Source: Escherichia phage VEc33
Length of the DNA: 64,000 bases
Strand: one strand, 5' to 3'
Sequence record: NC_048818.1
Each line of letters begins with the position of its first letter. Position 1 is the stretch's first letter. The notes beneath the pieces are model-generated. The model saw only the letters and a program-made list of their open reading frames with translations. It did not search any database and was not told the DNA's origin. Below, piece after piece: positions 47,582 to 58,140 of this stretch. A program made the translations under genes and the position numbers.

Positions 47582-48421
47582 TTAAGAGGACATTTTAGCT
47601 TTAAGAGCCGGATGCGGATCATATCCTTCAAGCTGGAAAGACCAAGCTGCCGTATTATTTTCTAATAAATCGTAAAGATCTACAAACTCTGGCATTACTA
47701 GAGTAGGTAAAGCACGAGGTTTACGTTTTACCTGTTCTTCTACCTGTTCCATGTGGTCATTATAGATATGAGTATCACCACCACTAAAGATAAGATAACG
47801 AGGTTTTAATCCTGTCAGTTTTGCTAATATATGCGTTAATAAAGCATAGCTAGCAATATTGAAAGGTAAACCGAGGAAACAATCCACCGAGCGTTGTGTC
47901 CATTTAAGATCTAGGTATCCATCGTTACTTACATAGCACTGGAAGCCATAGTGACAGGGTGGTAATGCCATTTTATCAAGTTCAGCTACATTCCATGCAG
48001 ATACTAGGTGTCTACGACCATGTGGATTATTCTTGAGACCCTCAATGAGTTCTAGGATCTGATCTCGTCCACCAAAGTTGCGCCATTGTTTACCATATAC
48101 TGGCCCTAGATTACCATTGTCATATCCCATACTTATGGCTTGGTCTTCATAATTTGGAGTCCAGATGGTCCACTGTCCTTCGTCACGCCCAAATGTGAAT
48201 ACTCGCAGATCATGGAGATTTGTAGATCCAGATAAAAACCATAAGAGTTCTCCAACTACCGACTTCCAAGCTAGACGTTTAGTGGTTACAGCTGGGAATC
48301 CCTCACGTAGATCGAACTTAGCATAGGAATCAAAAATTGAAACTGTGCCTGTTCCTGTACGATCGTTACGTGGTTCACCTAGTAGAATTACATCTGTTAG
48401 AATTTTTAAATATTGTTGCAT
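47582..48421 (-). CDS. thyA: thymidylate synthase (279 aa)
   Basis: Active-site region PPCH and LGLPFNIASYALLTH motifs. Confidence 0.8.
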   Translation of the reverse strand: MQQYLKILTDVILLGEPRNDRTGTGTVSIFDSYAKFDLREGFPAVTTKRLAWKSVVGELLWFLSGSTNLHDLRVFTFGRDEGQWTIWTPNYEDQAISMGYDNGNLGPVYGKQWRNFGGRDQILELIEGLKNNPHGRRHLVSAWNVAELDKMALPPCHYGFQCYVSNDGYLDLKWTQRSVDCFLGLPFNIASYALLTHILAKLTGLKPRYLIFSGGDTHIYNDHMEQVEEQVKRKPRALPTLVMPEFVDLYDLLENNTAAWSFQLEGYDPHPALKAKMSS

Positions 48422-48954
48422 TAATAAGTAACCAATTCCTGTACAAATCGCAGGCTGTTATCACTGTTTGCGCCAACTGCATAGACTAATCGAGTGGATT
48501 CATAGTTATAATCCAGTATCATACTATCTAGGTGTATATCTGCCTCTAGCTTCTGCTCGCTAAAGATTGTAGATACAAAAGCACTTTCAATATGCCCATG
48601 TTGGTACATTTCTAGAAGAAGATTAGCTCCACCTAGAACTACTGTTTGCTGATCTTTTAGAAAAGTAGGTAATGTATCACCTATCATTGATATGGGAGTG
48701 TAAATATCGTGTGTAATATCATCTGGCAGTGGACGATCAGCACGAATAAATAGGTCAGAAGCTCCAATCATACGTTCCCTAACGGCGTATGGAAGAGCTA
48801 AATAAGTACCTGCCCCAATAATAATATTATCAGGATTTAGTACATCTAATTGTGAATAAAAAGCATCTAGTTCTTCTTTAAAAGAACCCCAGGGAAGCTT
48901 ACCTCGGAGGCCGAACTCCCCATTCGGCCCAACTGCATACATTGCTGTAATCAT
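48421..48954 (-). CDS. dihydrofolate reductase (177 aa)
   Basis: Size and MITAMYAVGPNGEFG...LPW N-terminal DHFR pattern; coupled to thymidylate synthase. Confidence 0.65.
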   Translation of the reverse strand: MITAMYAVGPNGEFGLRGKLPWGSFKEELDAFYSQLDVLNPDNIIIGAGTYLALPYAVRERMIGASDLFIRADRPLPDDITHDIYTPISMIGDTLPTFLKDQQTVVLGGANLLLEMYQHGHIESAFVSTIFSEQKLEADIHLDSMILDYNYESTRLVYAVGANSDNSLRFVQELVTY

Positions 48955-50096
48955 AGGAAATCTCCAAATTCATTGCCCAGATCTTTCAGAGTATCAGTAG
49001 AGGTCTCAGTTACCTGACCTACACGGTAAGCTGCACCAATCTGGATTTCTTGTGGAGCAGGCTGTAGAGAAGTAGTATCCAACCAGTTCATGATCCACGG
49101 AATAGGGTTTTTGGTGATTACTGGTAAGTGACTAGGCCATTCTACACCAATGTGTATAAATGCGTTACGTCCCACAAAGTACAAGTATTCTTCTAGAAGT
49201 TCTGCATTCAAACCAATCAGACTACGACCTTTGAAGATGAAATGACCCCATTCAATTTCAGTTTTCAGAGTTTTCAGGAGCTGTGCTGGTGCTTTAGCCA
49301 CTGCTTCATCTACCAGATCTTTGTCAAACTGCTGGAACATAATCTGGATGATTGTTTTAGACATCTGAGTATGTAGGGCTTCATCTTTAGCAATCAATTG
49401 CAGATTTTTAGCAATACCTTGCAGAATATCGTTCTCTGCTAACGCAAAGGTACATGCAAAGGATGCGTAGAACTGCATTGCTTCCAGACCGTAGATTGCA
49501 AAATAAGCATCTAACAGTTTAGCCTGAGTTTCACGCTTAACTTCAGGGAACTCAGTTTCTGGATATGTATTGTCACCACGATGATCACGTACTGCAATGA
49601 AATACTGACCTAACTGGTACAGTTCATCAAACAGTTCAACAGAATCTGCGATACGTGCAAATGCTTCTTGGTTTTTAGTTACAGAATCAATAAATTCTGC
49701 CGGATCAGTCAGCACATTACGGATAATGTTGCTATACGCACGGCTATGCAGGTCTTCGAAGTAGCTCCACTGTTTTAGCATTCCTTCCAGTTCAGGGCGG
49801 CTTACAAGTGGCATAATAGCTGCTTCAGGCGCTCGACTGATAAAGGAATCAGTTTGGGTCTGCCATGCTAAGTTCAGGAGTGTAATTTCCTGAATTTCAC
49901 GTGGGAGGTTGGGCCATTGTTTCTTATCTGCTTCCAGACTGATTTCAGTTTCAGTCCAAAATTGAGAGCGTTGCAGAAGTGCCAGACGCTCTAATTCTGG
50001 ATGGGCTACACGCACATAGTCTGCGATACCAAGAGAGTCTCCCAGGAAAAGATCAGCGTTAGTATGATCCCAGTTCAGGTTTAGTAAAGTAGTCAT
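48951..50096 (-). CDS. nrdB: ribonucleotide reductase class Ia beta subunit (381 aa)
   Basis: Di-iron/tyrosyl-radical helices (EALHTQ, FACTFALAE motifs). Confidence 0.8.
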   Translation of the reverse strand: MTTLLNLNWDHTNADLFLGDSLGIADYVRVAHPELERLALLQRSQFWTETEISLEADKKQWPNLPREIQEITLLNLAWQTQTDSFISRAPEAAIMPLVSRPELEGMLKQWSYFEDLHSRAYSNIIRNVLTDPAEFIDSVTKNQEAFARIADSVELFDELYQLGQYFIAVRDHRGDNTYPETEFPEVKRETQAKLLDAYFAIYGLEAMQFYASFACTFALAENDILQGIAKNLQLIAKDEALHTQMSKTIIQIMFQQFDKDLVDEAVAKAPAQLLKTLKTEIEWGHFIFKGRSLIGLNAELLEEYLYFVGRNAFIHIGVEWPSHLPVITKNPIPWIMNWLDTTSLQPAPQEIQIGAAYRVGQVTETSTDTLKDLGNEFGDFL

Positions 50097-50202
50097 TGAT
50101 TTTCCTCTTTCTCACTATTTCAGGAATATTATAGCAAATCAGGTAGCGATTAGCAAGTAAAATTTCAAAGAAAAAGGAGACCCGAAGATCTCCTTGTTTT
50201 TA

Positions 50203-52533
50203 TTATAACTGGCAACCACCAGAAGCACAACCCGCTGCTTCTTCTCCAGCCCCACCACCATTTGCAGTGTTGAAGTTTGCGTAGTACCAAGTTTTTATAC
50301 CGTACTTAACAGCAGTCATGAAATCACGAACTACTACTGGGCCAGGGATGATTTCATTCTCGAATTTAGAGTAATCATAATACATCTGGAAACTTGATGA
50401 CTGATTCAAGAATTTTTGGTAAACGGCGTTCCACTTGATCCACTCAGTGCGATCAATATCATAGGCCAGTTTATAGCTCATGAGAGTATCCCAATCGGTT
50501 GCACCTGGAGCAATTGCAATTACTTTATTCACTGCACTACCTTTGATAGATACAATCTTACGAGGTGGCTCAATTGAGTTGGTAACACCCAATAGTACAG
50601 AAGAGCTTTCTCCCGGCATCTGCGCAGTCAGAACAGAGTTACGCATACCGTATTTCAGAATATCTGCACGCAGAGATTCCCAGTCCATTTCTAGACCTAC
50701 GGATACCAGTTCATCAACAGTTTTCTTGTACGTGTCGATTACCAGAGTTCCTTTAGATGGTTTAGTACGATCGAACCATTCACATGCACCTTGCTCTTTG
50801 GCTAGACGTACAGAGGCTTTATGCAGGAAGTAAGACAGTTTTTCAGCCTCACGATGAATCCAGTTACGTGCTTCAACACCTTCGTAGGCCAAACCTTCCG
50901 CCGCCATTGCACCTGCTGCGTTCATCAGACCAATACCAACATTACGACGTTTCTTAGCCGTATATTCCATAGTTGGGAACGGATAATCCTGAATTTCAAT
51001 GATGGTATCAACGAATTTCAGAAGAATATAGCAAGTCTTTTCCCACTCAGCCAGAGATTCCATGCGTCCTAGTACAACACCACCTAAGTTACACAGAGAT
51101 ACTTCCCCAATATCCTCCGGCTTCATTTGATCAAGTTGTTCTTTTGTTTTATACAGTTCCGTGATATGATGGAACGGGCGTGTAGGCTGAGTAATTTCAA
51201 CACAAAGGTTTGTCATACGGATTGGATCAAGGAAGTTACCGTGACGATTAGATTCCCCGATGTGGTGTGCATACATACGTCCTGTTTCCATTCGGATACG
51301 TAGCCAAGTATCTAGGATTTCTTTTGCTGAGACTTTAGGAGCTGCTGGAACTGTTTTTCCTTCGTGGTCGATCTTTGTAAGAGATGCCACACGTTTCTCC
51401 GCTGCCACATAGATTTCTTCAAATTTAGCCTCGTCATCACTATAAAACGCTTCATGAACTTCTGGAGCATAGAAGTATGACATTAGCGTAATATCTTCAT
51501 TTTTCAGATAACGTTTTAACAAAAGATTGTTGAAGCTCAGAGAATAATCCATCTTATCGATTTTATTCTCATCTGTAGCACGTTGTTGCTTAACCTGCAT
51601 CAATTGAATGATTTCAGGGTCAAAGTATGGATAAGACACTGTAGCAGAACCACCACGAGTTTGCTGAGTATTGGCCTTTACTGAGCGGTCAATGTGTCGA
51701 TAATATGGCAGTTTTCCGGAATGCGGGAATGCCCCATTTCGCACCGGATCAGCAATTGATCGGCTTTCAAGATGATACCCGATTCCAGCTCTGGCTGCGA
51801 CCATTTTGAAGACGATGTGCTCGGCTGTGTCGATTGAATCCAACGTGTCAGTGGAATCCACGAGGCAGCAACTAGCAAATCCACGGTCACTAGAACGCAA
51901 ACCAACCAGTGGCGGCGTAGGAACGTTGATTTTGTGGAGCGACATTGCATTGTAGAGATCGATTGCATCTAGAATTGTCCAGTTGGGTTGAGATAACATC
52001 GCCATTGCCATGCCCATATAGGCAAATTGCGGGGTTTCGTAAATTTCGCCAGTTGCGATATTACGACGAGAATACTTATCAAAGAATTGTTTCAATCCTC
52101 CGCTAGTGAAAAGACGGTCGCGATCATGGTCGATAACCTGATTCAGAGCTTCAAATTGCTCATCGGTAATCCATGCACTCATGTCTTCCCATGCACCTAC
52201 ACTAACCATATGATCGTGGAAAAAGCGCAGAGAAGGTGGTTCGAAGGAATCATAAAGGCGTTTACGCATTTGCGCAAGACGTAATTCCTTTGCTGGCACG
52301 TCGTATGCTGGATTATCTTTGATAAGACTTTCAGCAGCCTTAATTAAAGCATCCATCAGAGTGTCGGAATCTACAATCCCCTTAGGTAGAGTTTTTTGAG
52401 CAGCCATAGTAATGGCTGACCAACTTACATCAACTGTTTTGCAACCATACTCTGCCCAACCATTGAGTTTTTCAGGAGCAAAGTCTTCTACAGTACCGTC
52501 ACGTTTAATTACTTTTTCGATGCGATGGCTCAT
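50203..52533 (-). CDS. nrdA: ribonucleotide reductase class Ia alpha subunit (about 776 aa from the RBS-supported ATG; the six-frame ORF extends to 52638)
   Basis: ATP-cone VIKRDGT near the N-terminus, catalytic core, C-terminal CxxC tail. Confidence 0.8.
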   Translation of the reverse strand: MSHRIEKVIKRDGTVEDFAPEKLNGWAEYGCKTVDVSWSAITMAAQKTLPKGIVDSDTLMDALIKAAESLIKDNPAYDVPAKELRLAQMRKRLYDSFEPPSLRFFHDHMVSVGAWEDMSAWITDEQFEALNQVIDHDRDRLFTSGGLKQFFDKYSRRNIATGEIYETPQFAYMGMAMAMLSQPNWTILDAIDLYNAMSLHKINVPTPPLVGLRSSDRGFASCCLVDSTDTLDSIDTAEHIVFKMVAARAGIGYHLESRSIADPVRNGAFPHSGKLPYYRHIDRSVKANTQQTRGGSATVSYPYFDPEIIQLMQVKQQRATDENKIDKMDYSLSFNNLLLKRYLKNEDITLMSYFYAPEVHEAFYSDDEAKFEEIYVAAEKRVASLTKIDHEGKTVPAAPKVSAKEILDTWLRIRMETGRMYAHHIGESNRHGNFLDPIRMTNLCVEITQPTRPFHHITELYKTKEQLDQMKPEDIGEVSLCNLGGVVLGRMESLAEWEKTCYILLKFVDTIIEIQDYPFPTMEYTAKKRRNVGIGLMNAAGAMAAEGLAYEGVEARNWIHREAEKLSYFLHKASVRLAKEQGACEWFDRTKPSKGTLVIDTYKKTVDELVSVGLEMDWESLRADILKYGMRNSVLTAQMPGESSSVLLGVTNSIEPPRKIVSIKGSAVNKVIAIAPGATDWDTLMSYKLAYDIDRTEWIKWNAVYQKFLNQSSSFQMYYDYSKFENEIIPGPVVVRDFMTAVKYGIKTWYYANFNTANGGGAGEEAAGCASGGCQL

Positions 52534-52677
52534 TTGGTTTTCCTTTTTATAGTTATCAGGATTTAGGAAATAGTTTACTTTATTCTCAGTCATTTGGCAA
52601 ATAAAATTTTCTGATAGAAAAGGCCCGAGTATTTTCATACCCAGGCCTTCTGTGTTGTCAGTCTAGTTTTTGGCCAC

Positions 52678-52875
52678 TTAAGTTCTCAGCAGAATATCTA
52701 TTGAGGTACTTAGTTCATTATAATTGAAGGGCCGATTTGGATTTGAGGTTACAATTTTCCACGCTAGGGTAGTCTTAGGACTATCTTCCCCTTCCTTACG
52801 TGTAATCATATTAGCAGCACTCAGTGAAGTACGATGTATTTTTGTTTTACGGTGTAGATGTACGACGTTTCCCAT
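52678..52875 (-). CDS. hypothetical small protein (65 aa from the internal Met)
   Basis: ATG 2 nt after the PhoH stop; the six-frame ORF extends into phoH. Confidence 0.35.
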   Translation of the reverse strand: MGNVVHLHRKTKIHRTSLSAANMITRKEGEDSPKTTLAWKIVTSNPNRPFNYNELSTSIDILLRT

Positions 52876-52876
52876 A

Positions 52877-53638
52877 TTACACCTTCCCCATGTCTTTAAA
52901 AATATCGTAGAATGCTTTAGACTCAGCAGAACGAACGTTATCAATCAATTCGATCATTGAGAATGGAGCATTTTCATATTTCTCATAAACTTCCATAAGA
53001 AGAGCTAGACCTGAGTCACCTTTAATATCTTTCTGAGCTATATCTCCGCAGATAATTAAACGGCAGTCTTGTCCTACACGAGTTAGGAGACAAACCATTG
53101 CCTCAACGGAAATATTCTGAGCTTCATCGACAATTACATAGGAGTTGTTGAAAGTTCTGCCACGAGCATGTTCTATAGCCAAAAATTTAATTTTCTGACG
53201 TTCGACATATCCCTTATAGGCATGATCACCGATGGCCCATTTCATACCATCAGCTATTGGCTCCAACCAAGGCTCTAGCTTTTCTGCTAGATCACCAGGA
53301 AGCATACCAAGAGACTTACCTAGAGGTTCATTAGGACGTACGAGGATCACTTGCTCAATATCTGAGTGAATGTCTACGAGTTCCTGAGCTGCAAGAACAG
53401 ACGGGATAAAGGTTTTACCTGTACCTGGCTCACCGATACCCACAGTCACTGTGTTGTTCTTGATCATATTGATATATGATTTTTGCTCTCGGTTTTTACC
53501 TACTAGGGATTTAGCAACTGGGTTAGCGTAATCATTAGAAAAATCAGCCTGAATTACGTTATTCTCATATTTGTTGCCACGCTTTCTTGAACCATTGCGG
53601 TTCTCTCTTTTTTGACGTGCTTTTCCCATAAATAACAC
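52877..53638 (-). CDS. phoH: PhoH-family ATPase (253 aa)
   Basis: Walker A GEPGTGKTF and PhoH-type Walker B. Confidence 0.75.
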   Translation of the reverse strand: MLFMGKARQKRENRNGSRKRGNKYENNVIQADFSNDYANPVAKSLVGKNREQKSYINMIKNNTVTVGIGEPGTGKTFIPSVLAAQELVDIHSDIEQVILVRPNEPLGKSLGMLPGDLAEKLEPWLEPIADGMKWAIGDHAYKGYVERQKIKFLAIEHARGRTFNNSYVIVDEAQNISVEAMVCLLTRVGQDCRLIICGDIAQKDIKGDSGLALLMEVYEKYENAPFSMIELIDNVRSAESKAFYDIFKDMGKV

Positions 53639-53942
53639 TCCTATAGTGTACTTCGCTAACAGAGGATCAACAAAAAGATCTTGTTTATCAACTTACAAAT
53701 ATATTATACCAGTATATGCAGTAAAAAGCAACTACAATTTTAAATAAGCCTATGATATTGCATTTAAATAAAAAATTTGCTTGCTTTTAACTGGAAATGT
53801 ATGGTATTAGATAATCATTTTATACCGCGTACATAGGCGCGTGATTATACTATTTTAAGTACAAAATAGCAAATAAATTTTTTAACAATTTGCTAACTTT
53901 TTAGCACAGATCAAAATACAATATCTAAGAGAAAAATTATAT

Positions 53943-53970
53943 TGACATTTGCCCTTGAATAAGCTATAAT
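53943..53970 (+). promoter_or_regulatory. sigma70-type promoter (TTGACA-N16-TATAAT) upstream of nrdD
   Basis: Consensus hexamers followed by AAAGGAGGG RBS. Confidence 0.6.
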
Positions 53971-53999
53971 AGTAGTCTTAGTTAGAAAAGGAGGGTATA

Positions 54000-55874
54000 A
54001 TGAATCGCAATGATGAACTAAAATACAAGGAAATGCAGTCCTTGATTAGAAACTGCAAAGAAATTATTGAGGGTTCTGCTGATGAAGAGCTTCTCTTTAA
54101 TAATGCGAATAAACCCTCTGAGCGTTTCCCTACACAAAGGGATATGCTCGCAGGGGAATTGAGTAAATATCTGATTCTAGAAGAAATGCCAGTTCAGATT
54201 CGAAATGCTCATATGATTGGAGATATTCATTTCCATGATGCTGATTACGCTGCTTTAGGCATGACTAACTGTTGCCTAGTAGCCCTGGAAGATATGTTGA
54301 AAAATGGTATGAAAGTTGGTAATGCTGAAATTAGCACTCCAAACTCTATCACTACTGCGGCTGCTATTACAGCTCAGATTATCACACAGGTTAGCTCCCA
54401 TCAGTATGGGGGTACTTCTGTAGACCGATTAGATGAAGTATTGGCTCCTTATGTTCGTAAGTCTTATGATAAGAATCATGCGTTTGCAAAACGTTGGACT
54501 AAGGATGAAGCCAAAGCATCAGTAATGGCTACGGAGATGACTGAAAAAGAAGTCTATGATGCTTGTCAGGGTCTAGAGTATGAAATCAATACGATGTTCA
54601 ACTCTAATGGTCAGAGTCCATTTATTACCTTTGGTTTTGGTCTAGGAACTTCTTGGGAAGCACGTCTAGTACAGAAAGCAATACTGAAAGTACGTATGGA
54701 TGGCTTAGGTATCAATAAACGTACAGCTATCTTTCCGAAACTGGTGTTTGTTCTGCGTGATGGCGTAAATATGAAGCCAGGGGATGTTAATTATGACATC
54801 AAGAAGTTAGCTATGAAATGTACTGCTGAACGTATGTATCCAGACTATATCAGCTATGATAAGGTTGTGGAAGTTACTGGTGACTATAAAGTTTCTATGG
54901 GCTGCCGTTCATTCCTAGCTGCTGCAGAAGATGGTGAAACTGCCGGTCGTAATAACTTAGGTGTTGTTTCTGTAAACTTGCCTAGAATTGCTATCGAAGC
55001 TGAAGGGAATATTGATCTATTCTTTGATTTGCTTGAGCTACGTGTTGATACAGCGTTAAAAGCGTTGGAGTGGAGAGTTGATCGCTTAAAATACATTCAA
55101 GCTAAAGCCGCGCCCATCCTCTATATGTCAGGAGCCTTTGGGTTACGCTTAGGGCCTGATGAATATGTATTCGATCATTTCTATAACCGTGCTTCTGTAT
55201 CTCTGGGGTATATTGGTTGCCATGAAATGCTACAGTTCATGTTTGGCAAAGATGTAGACACAATGTCCGAGACTTGCATCAAGTTTGTTCAGCGTGTATT
55301 GCAGTACATGCGAGATAGAGTCGATCAGAAGAAGGAAGAGACTAAGTTAGGTTATAGCCTGTATGCTACACCGTCAGAGTCCCTATGCGATCGGTTTTGT
55401 CGTCTAGACCGTGAATATTTCCCGGAGCATGAAGATATTCTGTCTAAAGGATACTACACTAACTCGCACCACCTTGATGTAGAACGCAAAGTTGCTCCCA
55501 ATGTGAAATTTGATTATGAATCTAATTTTACTCCGATTGCTTCTGGTGGGTGCATTTCCTATGTAGAACTACCAGATATGAAACGATTCCCAGATGCACT
55601 GGAATGGGTTATTAATTATGCTGCTAGTAAAGTTCATTACTTCGGTATTAATACTCCAGTGGATTCTTGTAGTAAATGTGGATTCTTAGGTGAAACAATA
55701 GCATCTGAAGATGGATTTAAGTGCCCTATCTGTGGTAATCATGACCCCGAAACTCTTGAAGTAACTCGTCGAGTTTGTGGGTATCTTGGAAATCCGGGTG
55801 CTCGTCCATTTAACCCCGGCAAACAGCACGAGGTGATGGGCAGAGTGAAACATCAGGATATTCGAGCTAAATAA
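54000..55874 (+). CDS. nrdD: anaerobic ribonucleoside-triphosphate reductase (class III) (624 aa)
   Basis: C-terminal CxxC Zn site and glycyl-radical motif RRVCGYLG. Confidence 0.8.
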   Translation: MNRNDELKYKEMQSLIRNCKEIIEGSADEELLFNNANKPSERFPTQRDMLAGELSKYLILEEMPVQIRNAHMIGDIHFHDADYAALGMTNCCLVALEDMLKNGMKVGNAEISTPNSITTAAAITAQIITQVSSHQYGGTSVDRLDEVLAPYVRKSYDKNHAFAKRWTKDEAKASVMATEMTEKEVYDACQGLEYEINTMFNSNGQSPFITFGFGLGTSWEARLVQKAILKVRMDGLGINKRTAIFPKLVFVLRDGVNMKPGDVNYDIKKLAMKCTAERMYPDYISYDKVVEVTGDYKVSMGCRSFLAAAEDGETAGRNNLGVVSVNLPRIAIEAEGNIDLFFDLLELRVDTALKALEWRVDRLKYIQAKAAPILYMSGAFGLRLGPDEYVFDHFYNRASVSLGYIGCHEMLQFMFGKDVDTMSETCIKFVQRVLQYMRDRVDQKKEETKLGYSLYATPSESLCDRFCRLDREYFPEHEDILSKGYYTNSHHLDVERKVAPNVKFDYESNFTPIASGGCISYVELPDMKRFPDALEWVINYAASKVHYFGINTPVDSCSKCGFLGETIASEDGFKCPICGNHDPETLEVTRRVCGYLGNPGARPFNPGKQHEVMGRVKHQDIRAK

Positions 55875-55916
55875 GCTAATCAGCCGGGTTGCTAGTCGAC
55901 CTGGCTTTTATTTTAT

Positions 55917-55945
55917 TTGCTTTCAGCCAAAAATTTATATATAAT
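55917..55945 (+). promoter_or_regulatory. sigma70-type early promoter (TTGCTT-N17-TATAAT), paralogous to the 62606 promoter
   Basis: TTTATTTGCTTTCAGCC...TATAATAGATTTATAAATTTGAGAGGAG leader. Confidence 0.6.
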
Positions 55946-55973
55946 AGATTTATAAATTTGAGAGGAGAAAGCT

Positions 55974-56264
55974 ATGAGCGAGTTGCTTCCTAAAGTAGAT
56001 GTCTCCCATCTTGGGGAGCCTAGTGAAGAACGTAAGGCTCTAGATTGGTTGGGTGGATTTGATTATCGTCGTGTTGTTGCAACATGGAATGATAAGAATG
56101 ATAAGAAAGTTAAGAAGTTTCGGGTACATTATGTAGGTAAAGACAAGTGGCTCTGGATTGATTATGAAGAATCAAAGGGGTCTACTAAGGCTGTGAAAAT
56201 TTATTGTATGTATGGGTATTATTATGCTCACTGTGATAAGAATGAATTTACAGTACAGAACTAA
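55974..56264 (+). CDS. hypothetical protein (96 aa)
   Basis: ORF with RBS. Confidence 0.5.
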   Translation: MSELLPKVDVSHLGEPSEERKALDWLGGFDYRRVVATWNDKNDKKVKKFRVHYVGKDKWLWIDYEESKGSTKAVKIYCMYGYYYAHCDKNEFTVQN

Positions 56265-56273
56265 GGAACAAGA

Positions 56274-56477
56274 ATGAAAAACGTAAAACATCTTAAATAT
56301 CGCTTAATTTACAACGGACGTATGGAAACAGAAGATCTGGCCCAATTAGCTATTACTTCTAATGAGGTTACGGTGCGTGCTCTGGCAATTGAAAAGTTGC
56401 GTGCCTCTTATGAAAATCGTGTTATGGAACTGGAGGAGAAACTTTATGGACTTCTTGAATCAGAATCTAAAAAGTAA
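56274..56477 (+). CDS. hypothetical protein (67 aa)
   Basis: ORF. Confidence 0.4.
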   Translation: MKNVKHLKYRLIYNGRMETEDLAQLAITSNEVTVRALAIEKLRASYENRVMELEEKLYGLLESESKK

Positions 56478-56640
56478 TCCAGAAAACATGCTTATTGAGC
56501 AATGGAACTTTGGTTATAATGCTGGTGTAGCTACTTGTATTGCTAGATTGGATACGCTTATTAAGCAAGAAAAGGTACGCCCTGAGGAAGCAATTTTACT
56601 CCGAAATATTATCGAAGGATTTAAGCAAGGAATCGTATAG
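56446..56640 (+). CDS. hypothetical protein (about 64 aa from the internal Met)
   Basis: GGAGGAG RBS before ATG 56446. Confidence 0.4.
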   Translation: MDFLNQNLKSNPENMLIEQWNFGYNAGVATCIARLDTLIKQEKVRPEEAILLRNIIEGFKQGIV

Positions 56641-57476
56641 TGCGTAGATTAATTATTATTAGCGGTGCAGGTTTGAGTGTTGAAAGTGGTGTACGAGCTT
56701 TTCGTACTGATACTGCTAGTGGTAAAGCATTGTGGGATGATTATGATCTAGAAGAAGTATGTAATATTCATGCCTTTCGTGGTAATTTTTATCATAAAAC
56801 CCATATGTTTTACAACAAACGTCGTGAAGAGCTAAAAACTGTTGAACCCAATCTTGCACATTTGCGTATTGGTGAATGGTATAAACAATATCCAGGTCAA
56901 GTAGTAAACTTGACTACCAACGTTGATGACCTTATTGAGCGTGCTGGCGTTCCACATAGTGACATTCTGCACATTCACGGATATTTAAAAGAGGTTGTTG
57001 TAGCTGATAGCTACAATAGTAGCAATAAACGGATTATTGATGTAGGGTATAATTCTATTGATCCAGATGATTATAAATGGGTTAAACCTAATGTAATCTT
57101 CTTTGGAGAACATGCTCCTGCATACGCAGAAATGTATAATGTTTTTGATGGTATTACCAGTCAAGATATGATCATTGTGGTTGGTTGCTCTAATCAAGTA
57201 ATTAACTTCTACTGGGAATTATTTCCTGTTCTTAATTTGACTGCTGCCAAACTAATGGTAGTTAACTACTATGATAGTGCCATAGCAGCAGAGCCAGGCT
57301 ATCAAGGTATGACTCGTAGTGAGATGTACCAACTGGAAGATCGTGGTATTCCTTACTGGAGTAATGGTGCGGTAGATGCTTTTAGTGACCCTGATTTTAT
57401 TGCTCGTGTGGAAGCCCATTTAGAGGGTAGACCTTATGTGCCGGAGAGAAGGGGAAACAGATATGTCCATAGTTAA
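56640..57476 (+). CDS. Sir2-family (sirtuin-like) NAD-dependent protein (278 aa, GTG start)
   Basis: GAGLSVESGVRAFR N-terminal nucleotide-binding motif typical of sirtuins. Confidence 0.6.
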   Translation: MRRLIIISGAGLSVESGVRAFRTDTASGKALWDDYDLEEVCNIHAFRGNFYHKTHMFYNKRREELKTVEPNLAHLRIGEWYKQYPGQVVNLTTNVDDLIERAGVPHSDILHIHGYLKEVVVADSYNSSNKRIIDVGYNSIDPDDYKWVKPNVIFFGEHAPAYAEMYNVFDGITSQDMIIVVGCSNQVINFYWELFPVLNLTAAKLMVVNYYDSAIAAEPGYQGMTRSEMYQLEDRGIPYWSNGAVDAFSDPDFIARVEAHLEGRPYVPERRGNRYVHS

Positions 57477-57645
57477 ATCTGTTTATACACATCCCGATGA
57501 TATATTTGTATGGGCGGACGGTAGTTGGTGCTATCGCTGTGAGCTATGGGAAATGGACTATAAATCCGATGATTATGGTGTCATATATGTTGATACGGTT
57601 GAGTATGATACGTTCTTAGAAAGGGACAAAAATGGAAATAAGTAA
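57463..57645 (+). CDS. hypothetical small protein (60 aa)
   Basis: Internal Met with RBS; overlaps neighbours. Confidence 0.35.
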   Translation: MSIVKSVYTHPDDIFVWADGSWCYRCELWEMDYKSDDYGVIYVDTVEYDTFLERDKNGNK

Positions 57646-58138
57646 TACTCCAATTATTTTTCTAGATATTGATGGGGTGCTCAACTCGAGCATCTCCCAT
57701 CACCATGCACCTGATGATGAAAAGATTTTCTTTGGAAGTGACTGGGTTTTTAAACCGCTTCTCAAGGCTTTTCAGGATTTTATTCGTCCTTCTCCAATAA
57801 TGATTGTTGGGGTATCTTCATGGTTCTCTGTCAGGAATGAGATGGAGAACGTTCAGATTATGACCGGATTAGATCTTATCGATCGTTTTCTTGGTACAAC
57901 GGATTTTACTGGTGGTGGATTATCTAGGGGTAATTCTGTTCTTCGCTTCGTTGAAAAGCATAAGCTCAAACATTGGTGTGTGCTGGATGATGCTGGTGCT
58001 ATGATGTATCAGTATCCAACGGTTATAGTCAATGGTAGAACTGGAATAAATCTTCAAGATTTAAGAGCTGTTAGCTATATGTTAGAATTTAGTCCAGATC
58101 TTGAAATGTGTAAAGCCCTGCAACAATTTAAGGTGTAA
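57632..58138 (+). CDS. HAD-like hydrolase (168 aa)
   Basis: N-terminal FLDIDGVLN (DxDGxL) motif and downstream VLDDAG. Confidence 0.5.
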   Translation: MEISNTPIIFLDIDGVLNSSISHHHAPDDEKIFFGSDWVFKPLLKAFQDFIRPSPIMIVGVSSWFSVRNEMENVQIMTGLDLIDRFLGTTDFTGGGLSRGNSVLRFVEKHKLKHWCVLDDAGAMMYQYPTVIVNGRTGINLQDLRAVSYMLEFSPDLEMCKALQQFKV

Positions 58139-58140
58139 AT

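Noticed and set aside
55974-56264. ORF immediately after nrdD as the NrdG activase
   Set aside because: Too short (96 aa) and lacks the CxxxCxxC radical-SAM motif; no NrdG candidate identified in this window.
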